Shown here: piece by piece, positions 28,543-37,906 of the stretch | Layout of the letters: every line of letters starts with the position of its first letter | Numbering within the stretch: the first letter of the stretch is position 1 | IMG/VR virus record: IMGVR_UViG_3300027819_000015 | Coordinates: 1 to 54,510 of that record | Reading direction: 5' to 3' (one strand) | Length of the DNA: 54,510 bases | From: a virus | Lineage: Duplodnaviria; Caudoviricetes | The notes under the pieces: model-generated | What the model was told of the DNA's origin: nothing | Database searches by the model: none | The model's input: only the letters and a program-made list of their open reading frames with translations | Made by a program: the position numbers and the translations under genes

Positions 28543-30312
28543 ATGATAATAACACCAGAAAATATAGTAAGATCTTATGAAACAGCAGGTAAACCAAGAC
28601 CATCACCGACAGCTAGCACAGTTGGTTTTATAAATTTAAATAGTAATGATATTATATTTTCATCATTTAATGGATATGCTTTTCAAAACATTTTAACATC
28701 TGATACAGGGTCAATTACTGCTATTGTAAATACATCAATATCTTCTAATTCAAGAAGTACTTTTGGTTTAATACAAGTTTTATTATCAAGATCTTTTATA
28801 ACAAAACAAATATTAACTGGATCTAACAGTTCTTATATATCTGCATTTAAATCTGTTAATAGTTCTGATTTAGTAAATGATAATACATTTAAAATAGGTA
28901 ATTCATCAATTATTGCTATTAAAAAAGCTAAATTTGGTGAATCAATAAGACCATTATCATTTTCTGCATCAACTGAAAGCGGAACATATGTTTTTTCTGA
29001 TTCATATAGTGCTAATAATTCTTTTGGCATTATTAGTTGTACTAATCAAGGAACTACATTATCTGCTGGTGTTATATTTTATGATTTAGGTTTAATTTTT
29101 ATACATGGTCCAAATCAAAATGCAATAAGTTCAATTTCATCTTTAACAGCTGTTAGTTTTTATTCTTCTTATAAATTAAATTCTTTAAATGTTTTTTGCA
29201 CAGCAAATGCATCTGAATTAAATTATACATATAATGAAAATGCTTTTTATAAAAAAACAATAACATCTGATCCAAGTAATACAACAGTATCATCAACTTT
29301 AACATCAACAACTACTGCATTAAATTTTGCAATAGGGCATGTTGAATTTGCAGAATCAGCATCTGCCTGTTTTGATCTTGATTCTTCTACAGATTTTACA
29401 TTAGAAACACATATTAGCGCATCGTCTTTGACATCAACACAATTTATAATATCACATATAAATTCAACTAATAATATTGGATATTCTCTAAGTTATGATG
29501 TTGCATCTGATTCAATATTTTTTAATGGTAGGGGTGGTTTTAGTATATCATTACAGCATACTTCTACAGCAGCAAAACAAGCAATATCTGCAAATAATTA
29601 TGCTGTTACTGGATTAGTAAATACTTCTGTTGTTAGAAGAGGAAATACATATACATTATATACTGGTTGGATTTATTATAATAACACAAATGGAATAACT
29701 TCTATTGCTGAATATACAACTTCTGGTGTTAGTAATGCTGGAACATCATTTACTTTAAATGATAAAATTTATATAGGCTCTAGTGGAAATAATAGTGTAT
29801 GGACTGGATTAATAAATAATGTTAAATTATATAAATTTGCATTAAATTCTTTAGATCTAAAAGAGCATACAATTAATCCATCATCTACAAGTTTTACAAA
29901 TACAACATCTGGTACTGTTGGAGCATTTACTGTTCATCTACCATTTAATGAAAATAGAGTTTTATCTGGTGCAAATAATATAATAGCAAATACAGCATCG
30001 GCAACTGTAACAGGTTATGCTGTAAGTGCTTTGACTGCAAATAACAATTATTTTATTTTAAATTCATCAAATATTATAACATCTGGCTTATCTGCATATA
30101 ATAATGCATATATGTGGGGAATAAATTCTACATTAACAAGCGGAAGAAGTAATTATTATTTATCTGGATTATATAACAGAAGTCCATACGTAACAACTGT
30201 TGGATTGTATAATGATAATAATGTTTTATTGGCTGTTGCAAAATTAGCACAACCGATAAGAAAACCTGAAACAATACCATTTACAGTTAGAGTTAATTTA
30301 GATTTGCAATAA
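28543..30312 (+). CDS. virion structural protein with LamG domain, paralog B3
   Basis: GESIRP.SF, GVIFYDLG, LamG insert, PYVTTVGLYND.N.LLAVAKLAQP. Confidence 0.7.
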   Translation: MIITPENIVRSYETAGKPRPSPTASTVGFINLNSNDIIFSSFNGYAFQNILTSDTGSITAIVNTSISSNSRSTFGLIQVLLSRSFITKQILTGSNSSYISAFKSVNSSDLVNDNTFKIGNSSIIAIKKAKFGESIRPLSFSASTESGTYVFSDSYSANNSFGIISCTNQGTTLSAGVIFYDLGLIFIHGPNQNAISSISSLTAVSFYSSYKLNSLNVFCTANASELNYTYNENAFYKKTITSDPSNTTVSSTLTSTTTALNFAIGHVEFAESASACFDLDSSTDFTLETHISASSLTSTQFIISHINSTNNIGYSLSYDVASDSIFFNGRGGFSISLQHTSTAAKQAISANNYAVTGLVNTSVVRRGNTYTLYTGWIYYNNTNGITSIAEYTTSGVSNAGTSFTLNDKIYIGSSGNNSVWTGLINNVKLYKFALNSLDLKEHTINPSSTSFTNTTSGTVGAFTVHLPFNENRVLSGANNIIANTASATVTGYAVSALTANNNYFILNSSNIITSGLSAYNNAYMWGINSTLTSGRSNYYLSGLYNRSPYVTTVGLYNDNNVLLAVAKLAQPIRKPETIPFTVRVNLDLQ

Positions 30313-30518
30313 GTAAAAAATATTTACTATAGATAGTATAGTATATATATTATATACATCTTAAAATTAATAAATACATATGATTTCTTCAATCAAATAT
30401 ATTAATAAATTATTAGATGTTATATATAAGTAGATAAGTTATTTAAATATATGAAAAATAAAATCATTGTAAATAATTTTTCATATTAAATTTTATTAAT
30501 TATAAAAATAGTTTTTAA

Positions 30519-31817
30519 ATGCAAAATGTAATTTTTCTTTCTTCAATTTCTAATGATAATAAATCTGGTAAAATTTATATTAGTAATGAAGAAAAAATAA
30601 CAGAATTAAATTATAATAACAACTTTTTAGTATTAGAAAAATTATTATGTAGCTTTATTGATAATAATTTTTTAGTTTGTGTTACAGATTCTAAAAAAAT
30701 ATTTAAAAATCTAAGCTTTATAGAATCTGATATTTTACTAAAAATTAATTTTTTTGATTGTAAATTATTTCTTTCTGTATATAAAAATTTATTAAATATT
30801 GATATATATCATTATTCTTTTGAAAATTATAATATTAATTCATTTAATATAAATGAAAAAATTAAAAATATATGGAAGATACAAAATATTAAATCTTGGA
30901 AATTATTACCAAAACTTATTATTGAAGATTTTTTAAAAAAAGATATAGAAATATGTAAAAAATTTTATGATGAATTTAACACAATATTTCAACAACAAAA
31001 TTCATTATCAGCATATTATAAAAAATCTTTAGAAAATTTATATTATTTAGTTAAAATTGAAAATAATGGTATATATTCAAAAGATAAAAAAATTATACCA
31101 AAATATCATTATGATAGAATTTTAACTGGAAGGTTAGTTAATACATATCCAAAATCTTTTCAGGTTTTATCTAAAGATAAATTTTTTAAAGAATATAATT
31201 CAAGATTTGAAAATGGAAATATATTATTAGCTGATTGGTCAAATACAGATTTTAGAACAGTAATAGCTTTAAGTAATACAAAAATTACAGATAAAAATTT
31301 AGAAGATCCCTATGTATTTTTAGCTAAAAGTGTTCTTAAAAAAGATAATATTGAAATTACTGAAAGAGATATTTTCAAAAAGAAAACAATGTCAATATTA
31401 TATGGTAAATATTATAAAGATGAAGTTTTATATAAAGAATATCCAAATATTTTTAAATTAAAAAGAGAAAAAATAATAGAAGCAAAAAAGAAAAAATATA
31501 TTCAATCTTATTTTGGAAAGATTCGGTTTTTTAATAACGATGAAGATTTAGATACAAAAGCTTTTTCAAGTTATGTTCAGATGACAGTTGCTGATTTATT
31601 TAAAGATGCTATTAAGAATTTAATATTGGTTTTTAAAGAAAATAATTTACAATCAGTACCGATTCCATATTTAGTATATGATTCATTTGCTTTTGATATT
31701 CATCCATCTGAAAAAGATATTATTAGAAAATATATCGAAGAAGCTTTAATTATAAAAACTATACCAAAAAATTTTAGAGAATGTATTAATTTTGGATTAA
31801 AATATTATGAAAAATAA
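30519..31817 (+). CDS. compact family A DNA polymerase
   Basis: TGRL, motif A LLADWSNTDFR, motif B R..FK......LYG, YVQ...AD, motif C VYDSF. Confidence 0.75.
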   Translation: MQNVIFLSSISNDNKSGKIYISNEEKITELNYNNNFLVLEKLLCSFIDNNFLVCVTDSKKIFKNLSFIESDILLKINFFDCKLFLSVYKNLLNIDIYHYSFENYNINSFNINEKIKNIWKIQNIKSWKLLPKLIIEDFLKKDIEICKKFYDEFNTIFQQQNSLSAYYKKSLENLYYLVKIENNGIYSKDKKIIPKYHYDRILTGRLVNTYPKSFQVLSKDKFFKEYNSRFENGNILLADWSNTDFRTVIALSNTKITDKNLEDPYVFLAKSVLKKDNIEITERDIFKKKTMSILYGKYYKDEVLYKEYPNIFKLKREKIIEAKKKKYIQSYFGKIRFFNNDEDLDTKAFSSYVQMTVADLFKDAIKNLILVFKENNLQSVPIPYLVYDSFAFDIHPSEKDIIRKYIEEALIIKTIPKNFRECINFGLKYYEK

Positions 31818-32358
31818 TAACACAATATCACCAGAAAAAATCTATGCAATGTATTACAATAGATCTTCTATGGAAGAAAAACAAGAATATGAAAAAGTTG
31901 ATATATCAAAAATAAAAGATGATATAAAAAAAATTCTTAGAGGTAGAAAAGATAAATCTAATCCTCCAAAATATAATTATTTAAGTATATCAAATTCTGA
32001 TAGAATTTCAAAAGTATCTAAACTTTATAAAAAATTAGCTAAATTCATTATTGAGATATTAAAAAAACAATATCAAGGAAATGAAGATAAATTTAAAGAA
32101 ATATCAGATAGAATATTAAATTATGCAAACAATAAAATACGAACAGATAAAACTGGTAAAGTTTTTATAATCATTGGTGGTAAAAATTATTTTGGTGATA
32201 TACAAGGTTACGAAAATATGTTTGTTAATAATAAAATTAATTTTAAAAAAACATTTAAAACAATAATAGCTGAATTGCTTAATTTGATAGAAAAAGAACA
32301 ACCAGAAAAAGGGAAAGCTTTTATATTAAATAGCAAAAAAAATATTTACAAGACATAG
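31807..32358 (+). CDS. hypothetical basic protein
   Basis: 183-aa ORF overlapping polymerase end. Confidence 0.65.
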   Translation: MKNNNTISPEKIYAMYYNRSSMEEKQEYEKVDISKIKDDIKKILRGRKDKSNPPKYNYLSISNSDRISKVSKLYKKLAKFIIEILKKQYQGNEDKFKEISDRILNYANNKIRTDKTGKVFIIIGGKNYFGDIQGYENMFVNNKINFKKTFKTIIAELLNLIEKEQPEKGKAFILNSKKNIYKT

Positions 32359-32388
32359 AATATAGATTAATTTAAAATAAAAAATCGC

Positions 32389-32796
32389 ATGGCTGATAAA
32401 ATTACGTTGCTAGCTTCTTTTATAACAAGAGATGAACTAGAAGAAACATTAAAAAAAATTAAAGAAAATTTTCCAGAAGAATTAAAAATATTTTTATTCA
32501 AAAATATTGATGATGACTCTAAAATAATTTTAACATATAATATATTAACTGATCCTAATAGACTTTTACAATATAGTAAAATTATACCAGGTACAATAAG
32601 TTTACATAGAAAAAAAGAAACCAACACTATGTTTTCTGTTAATGCATTAAATAATATTATTATGTTAGAAAATGATGGTGTTTTAAATAAAAATCATATT
32701 ATTAATTGGGAAAATTATAAAAATTGTATTTTAATAACACAAAAGGGTAATGGTTTTTTAAAAATAAGAGTTGAATTAGAAAAAATAATTAAATAA
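32389..32796 (+). CDS. hypothetical phage protein
   Basis: 135 aa; HRKK.TNT...NALN motif. Confidence 0.75.
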   Translation: MADKITLLASFITRDELEETLKKIKENFPEELKIFLFKNIDDDSKIILTYNILTDPNRLLQYSKIIPGTISLHRKKETNTMFSVNALNNIIMLENDGVLNKNHIINWENYKNCILITQKGNGFLKIRVELEKIIK

Positions 32797-32812
32797 TTAA
32801 TAAAGATAATCT

Positions 32813-34588
32813 ATGAAAAGAGTTTCACAAGAAAAAATTGTTTCTGTAATACTTTTAGCAGAAGCATCTCCAGCCGAACAAATAAACCAACATTTACAAA
32901 ACATTGTATCTCAAACATATAAAAATTTAGATATAATTGTTTCCTATATATCAACAAATAATTTAACAGATTTAATTGCTAGATGGAACGAAACATCATT
33001 TAATATACAGTGGTTACCTTGTCCTGAAGGGATTGAGTTATTAAATAATGCTATATCAAAAGCAGATGGTGAATATATATTTTATAAGACTGTAAATCCA
33101 GTTATTTGGTATTCACGACATATAGAACATCACATTGAATTATTTTATGATCAAAAATTTAAATCTTTATGGTCATATTCATTTTTAGAATATAGAAATA
33201 TTAAAGAGCAGAATCAACCGATCAATGTAGCTGGTTATAGAATTAATACTGATAATATTTTAAAAGAACAAGTTTTGTTAGATGAATTGGTTCATCATAT
33301 TTCTGTAAAACCTGAGTGGGAAAAATGTATAATTAAAACTCAAAATAACCAAATAATGTTTTTACCAGGGATGGTATTTCAAAATTGGAAAAAATATAGA
33401 TTTGTTAATCCAACAGAAATAACTATAACACAATGGATAGATCCACAACCACAACAACAGATAGTAGAAATTGGAAAACCAGTTTCTTTAAATAATGTTA
33501 CAGAAGAAGTTATTGAAACAGAAAATGGCGATTTAGATGTAAAAGTAGAATTTCCAACGTTAGTTGGTAACATTCAATATGAAGAGCATAATAATAAAAT
33601 ACTTGAAAAAATAGAAAAAATAGAACCAGAAAAAATTAAAACAATAGCAATTAAAAGAACTATTGGTATGGGTGATGTGATTTTAACAGAACCTATATTT
33701 AAAGTATTAAGAAAAAAATATCCAAATGCAAAAATAACAATGTATGTTGGAAATTCTAGAGGTGCAAAAGATATAGTTAAATATTTTAAATCTAAGCCAG
33801 ATGAAATAATCGATATTGATGAAAATTTAATAGTCCAAGATTATTTATATACACAAAAAGGTTATGATTTAAGATTTGATTTAGATCTTTCATATGAGTC
33901 ACATTTAGGATTTAATTATATTGATGCATATTTTAAAACCATTGGTTTAAAAGAAATAATGGTAAATGATGGTAATGATAATTTAGAAATGGTAAAATAT
34001 GTAAAAGATGAAGAAAAAATTCCACAATTAGAATATATAGAAGAAAGAATAATTAAAGAAAAATATGTTGCTGTAGAATTAGCAGGTTCTGGTTGGGGTG
34101 GAAAAGAACTTGAAATTGAAAAATGGAAACAGGTATTACATCTATTTACAATCGGTCAGGGTTATAAAATAGCTTTTGTATCAAATCAAAAAACTATAAA
34201 TGAATTTGCTTTACCTGTTGGTAATGATAATTTATTTATAAATTCAAATAATGATTTCAATACAATGCTTAACTATTTAAGATATTGTGAATTTTTTATT
34301 GGTACTGATTGCGGTCCAATGCATATAGCTACAGGTTTTGGTAAAAAATGTTTTGTTATTAATGGGTCTGCATTATCTACAAAAACAAGCTATTCAAAAA
34401 ATATTTATGCAGTTAAAAATAATAATTTAACTTGTTTAGGATGTAAACATAGACAGTTTTTAAATGATAATGGTCAAGGTGGTTTAACATTTGTTGCTAA
34501 ATGTGAAAATACAAATCAATATCAATGTATGAAAGATATAACAACAGATTATTTATTAGAAGAGTTTGCTAAATTTATAAAATTATGA
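32813..34588 (+). CDS. GT2-like + GT9 (heptosyltransferase-like) fusion glycosyltransferase
   Basis: N: VSVI, QTYKNLDII, A.GEYI; C: GMGDVILTEP...LRKKYP.A.I, IGTDCGPMHIA, C..C...C...C. Confidence 0.85.
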   Translation: MKRVSQEKIVSVILLAEASPAEQINQHLQNIVSQTYKNLDIIVSYISTNNLTDLIARWNETSFNIQWLPCPEGIELLNNAISKADGEYIFYKTVNPVIWYSRHIEHHIELFYDQKFKSLWSYSFLEYRNIKEQNQPINVAGYRINTDNILKEQVLLDELVHHISVKPEWEKCIIKTQNNQIMFLPGMVFQNWKKYRFVNPTEITITQWIDPQPQQQIVEIGKPVSLNNVTEEVIETENGDLDVKVEFPTLVGNIQYEEHNNKILEKIEKIEPEKIKTIAIKRTIGMGDVILTEPIFKVLRKKYPNAKITMYVGNSRGAKDIVKYFKSKPDEIIDIDENLIVQDYLYTQKGYDLRFDLDLSYESHLGFNYIDAYFKTIGLKEIMVNDGNDNLEMVKYVKDEEKIPQLEYIEERIIKEKYVAVELAGSGWGGKELEIEKWKQVLHLFTIGQGYKIAFVSNQKTINEFALPVGNDNLFINSNNDFNTMLNYLRYCEFFIGTDCGPMHIATGFGKKCFVINGSALSTKTSYSKNIYAVKNNNLTCLGCKHRQFLNDNGQGGLTFVAKCENTNQYQCMKDITTDYLLEEFAKFIKL

Positions 34589-34899
34589 GAAAGAAAAAAG
34601 AAGACCCAGATAAAGAAATAAAACATGAACTTTTAAAACAAGCACAAGAAATTTTAGAAAATGCAAAAAAAGAAAATTTAAATAATGCGATTGAATATAA
34701 AGTAAGGTGTTTAGAGAAAAAAGAATTTGAAACAGAATCTGGTAATCTTTTGTATGAATATTCATTTTTTAGCATATTAGAAGAAGACGATAATCCAGAA
34801 GAAAAAGAATTAATTGAATTAAAAGTAATAGTTAAAAATCCTATATATAAAACTCAAAAGTTTTATTATTTTACATTACAAACAAAATTAAGAGATTAA
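34585..34899 (+). CDS. hypothetical protein
   Basis: 104 aa, ATGA overlap. Confidence 0.7.
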   Translation: MRKKKEDPDKEIKHELLKQAQEILENAKKENLNNAIEYKVRCLEKKEFETESGNLLYEYSFFSILEEDDNPEEKELIELKVIVKNPIYKTQKFYYFTLQTKLRD

Positions 34900-34900
34900 T

Positions 34901-35257
34901 ATGATTGGTGCAAATTTTTCTTTTTTTGAATTTTTTACATTTAGAGTTTGTCCAAAATGTAAATTTAACTGGCAAAGAAAATATATAAAAGATGAAGAAA
35001 CAAAACAGATAAGAGTTCAATATGGTAATGTTCATAAAAGAGAAGAAATAAATCCAGCAACAAGAGTTCAGTATATTATTTTTAGATGTTTAAGATGCTT
35101 TACTGAAATTGCAGAATCACATCAAATGATAACAGAAGAAGAATTTAGAGATATGAATAAAATTACTACTGAAAAATTAGAACCATATTCTATTCCAAAC
35201 ATAAAACAAGAAGATCTTTTAAATGATGATGAATTAGGAAGAATGATAGGAATGTAA
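34901..35257 (+). CDS. zinc-ribbon hypothetical protein
   Basis: CPKC...CLRC. Confidence 0.7.
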   Translation: MIGANFSFFEFFTFRVCPKCKFNWQRKYIKDEETKQIRVQYGNVHKREEINPATRVQYIIFRCLRCFTEIAESHQMITEEEFRDMNKITTEKLEPYSIPNIKQEDLLNDDELGRMIGM

Positions 35258-35368
35258 ATAATGCTTAAATTTGACTTTTAAGCTGTTGTAGTTATTATGT
35301 GATATAAACCATATGTTTTTAAAATAAACGCTTTATACGTCAAATTTACAAAAAATAATGCTTAAATT
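35256..35368. repeat. intergenic element with direct and inverted repeats
   Basis: AAATAATGCTTAAATT at 35256-35271 and 35353-35368; TAAATTTGAC 35266-35275 / GTCAAATTTA 35339-35348. Confidence 0.6.
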
Positions 35369-35407
35369 AATCAAATTTTGACAGTTTTTATAAGAGGTTT
35401 TTTGCTT

Positions 35408-35860
35408 ATGATTATTATAAATAGAAAAGTTAATATTTCTGATAAAAAAAAGATATTATCTGTTTTGCAAGAATGTGATATTAAAAAAGTAGAACAAAAT
35501 GATATTATAGATTTATATTTTTCTAATAATTATTTAGGCTGTATATCTGAGCATGCAGAAAGTTTTTTCGGAAAAAGAAAACCAATAGCTTATTGTTTTA
35601 TTAAAAACCCTCAAACAAAGCCAGAAACACTTTCTGTCGTTCATTCTTCTTATAGAGGAAAGCAAATAGGCAGTTCACTTAGAAATTTTACAATAAAAGA
35701 ATATAAAGATCAAATTAATAAGAAAATTGTCTATTCTTATACAGAAGTGTGGAATATAGCATGTATAAAATCATTATTAAATTCTGGTTATGAAATTAAT
35801 GATTTTATCAGAAACCCTGATGGCAATAATTTAATAGAATTTATCTTTACAATTAAATGA
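35408..35860 (+). CDS. GNAT family acetyltransferase
   Basis: VVHSSYRGKQIGS, N.A.......GY; start moved to ATG 35408 (GAGG RBS). Confidence 0.8.
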   Translation: MIIINRKVNISDKKKILSVLQECDIKKVEQNDIIDLYFSNNYLGCISEHAESFFGKRKPIAYCFIKNPQTKPETLSVVHSSYRGKQIGSSLRNFTIKEYKDQINKKIVYSYTEVWNIACIKSLLNSGYEINDFIRNPDGNNLIEFIFTIK

Positions 35861-36075
35861 AAAATATACAAAATATAACATGTTTTAATCTTAAGGGTAG
35901 TAAATATAAAATACAGCAAGTATTTAATGGTAAACATTATTTACAAGTATATAAAAAGTTTTTATTTTTATATATAGAAGTAAAAACTTTTGAATTTAAT
36001 AGTATAATGGAACTTTCAGATAAATATAGTGAAATTATAAATCATTTTTCATATATAGAAAATAATTTAAAATAA
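35857..36075 (+). CDS. hypothetical protein
   Basis: 72 aa, overlaps at both ends. Confidence 0.65.
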   Translation: MKNIQNITCFNLKGSKYKIQQVFNGKHYLQVYKKFLFLYIEVKTFEFNSIMELSDKYSEIINHFSYIENNLK

Positions 36076-36284
36076 TGTTTGAATCAAAAAAGCGATCTTT
36101 TGTTAAATCTTTAATTTGGAGAATTATAGCCACAATTAATGGTATAGTTGGTACATATTTTTTTATAGACAATATTTCTCAATCTATTAAAATAGGTATA
36201 TTTGCAAATTTTACTGGTATGATTTTATATTACATACATGAAAGAATTTGGAATAAAATAAAGTGGGAAAAAAATAAACTATGA
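36075..36284 (+). CDS. DUF2061 membrane protein
   Basis: RS..KS..WR..A, YY.HER.W.KI.W. Confidence 0.85.
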   Translation: MFESKKRSFVKSLIWRIIATINGIVGTYFFIDNISQSIKIGIFANFTGMILYYIHERIWNKIKWEKNKL

Positions 36285-37000
36285 ATATTAATATAATTGG
36301 TAGGTTTTATTTGGGTAATGGTGGTATAGGTGATTTTTTAATGTTTCTTTCTACATTTTATGATAATGTTGAAGAAGCAAATATTATTTTTTTAGCTAAT
36401 AACAGAAAACAAATACAAGAAATAGTAAAATTATTTCCAAAAATAAAAAAGAGTTTAATACTTGAAAATGATTTTAATGCGCTTAAAGAATTTTATGGAG
36501 ATAATAGATGTTTGGGAACAGGTATTTTACCTAAAGATCTTAATTATCAAAATTGGAATAAAGTAGATATAGTAAAAGAATATGGTGTAAATTTACAACC
36601 AAATTTTATACATGAATTATTTAAACCAGCAAATTTATTTGATAGACAAGTTTTTATTCAGAAGCAAGGAAGTAATGTAGAAAAAATTGGAAAACAAAGA
36701 TTGTTATTAGATAAAACTATAAGTTCTATTTATAAAGAATTTGATTTTCATGATTTTTTAACATTAGAAAGTTTTATTGGCATGACATATGAAGGAATAT
36801 TTCAATTAATATTAGGTAGTAGTGTTGTTGTTGGTGTAGATTCTTTTGTTAAAACTTTTGCTGCATTGGCTGGTAAAAGAGTTATAGTGTATGACAATAT
36901 TTATACTGATGAATATTTAAATAATTTTCCAGATAAAATAGATTTAGGGCATTATGTGTTTATATATCCATTTAAAAATATAGAACTTAGAAAACAATGA
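36281..37000 (+). CDS. GT9-like glycosyltransferase
   Basis: GGIGDFLM, VVGVDSF...A...GK. Confidence 0.7.
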   Translation: MNINIIGRFYLGNGGIGDFLMFLSTFYDNVEEANIIFLANNRKQIQEIVKLFPKIKKSLILENDFNALKEFYGDNRCLGTGILPKDLNYQNWNKVDIVKEYGVNLQPNFIHELFKPANLFDRQVFIQKQGSNVEKIGKQRLLLDKTISSIYKEFDFHDFLTLESFIGMTYEGIFQLILGSSVVVGVDSFVKTFAALAGKRVIVYDNIYTDEYLNNFPDKIDLGHYVFIYPFKNIELRKQ

Positions 37001-37686
37001 AAATATTAAAAGAAGAAATATTAAATAATCTTAAAAAAGAATTCAAAGATTTTGATTTTTCCATAAATGAAAATAATAAACTTTTTGTAAATAATAGAGA
37101 AACAAAATTTGTAGTACAAGAAAATGAATTGAATAAGACGATTGATGAAATAGAAAATTTACACGGACAAATTAATGTAAAACAAGATATTTTACAAGCA
37201 TTAGTTGGTAGTGTTTATATGTTTATTGAAACAGATATAAAGGGTAGAGATGGTAATATAGTATTTGAAGAATATATATGTAAAGAAGAAAATATAAATA
37301 AAGAAAAATTTAAAAAAGAAGAATTAAACAAAAAAAGATTATTGACTGAAGAAGAATTAGAAAAATATTATTTTGAAATATTAAAAAGGAATAACAGATG
37401 TTATAAAAATACATCAAGAGCTGGTTTTGATTGCTTAATATTTAAAGGAAAAAAAGCATTAGAAGTTTTTGAAAAATATGAAAAATCATTAAGATGTAGA
37501 TATTCACTTATACCATTAAATAAAAAAACATTTAAAAAAAGTACAATAGAATTAATTTTCTTTGGGGATAATTTAAGGTTTGAATTTTCAAAAGAATATA
37601 ATAGAGAAAAAGAAATTCCAGAAATAAACATTACGATAAATGACAACACACAAGAAGATATAAAGGAAATAATTGAAATTGAATAA
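36997..37686 (+). CDS. hypothetical protein (C-half paralogous to 37903)
   Basis: CLIF.G.KA.E...KYEK, KKS.IELI.F.DNL.FE, EIIEIE. Confidence 0.7.
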   Translation: MKILKEEILNNLKKEFKDFDFSINENNKLFVNNRETKFVVQENELNKTIDEIENLHGQINVKQDILQALVGSVYMFIETDIKGRDGNIVFEEYICKEENINKEKFKKEELNKKRLLTEEELEKYYFEILKRNNRCYKNTSRAGFDCLIFKGKKALEVFEKYEKSLRCRYSLIPLNKKTFKKSTIELIFFGDNLRFEFSKEYNREKEIPEINITINDNTQEDIKEIIEIE

Positions 37687-37906
37687 AGAGCATTTTAAAT
37701 TAATTATTAAAGAATTACAAGAAAATCAAGATGATATTGACAATAATTTATCAATGTTATTAAAAGAACCAAGTAGATTAAAATTTGCATCTGATGAAAT
37801 TTGGAAAAAACTAGTAATTGCAAAAAATAGTCTTAAAGAAGAATTAAATATATTAGAAAACAATGAAAAAGAAAAAGATATTATACATATAATAAAAGTA
37901 AAATGA
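37673..37906 (+). CDS. hypothetical coiled-coil protein
   Basis: 77 aa, TTG start with AAGGA. Confidence 0.6.
   Translation: MKLNKEHFKLIIKELQENQDDIDNNLSMLLKEPSRLKFASDEIWKKLVIAKNSLKEELNILENNEKEKDIIHIIKVK

Noticed and set aside
1147-30312. Bacterial contractile injection system or tailocin rather than phage
   Set aside because: Early-type small ORF cassettes, phage-type polymerase, sigma factor and lone GroES point to a phage; head genes are presumably outside the window
30313-30518. AT-rich gap with an 11-bp inverted repeat (30449-30459 / 30476-30486) as replication origin
   Set aside because: No iterons; such AT-only repeats are expected by chance at this composition
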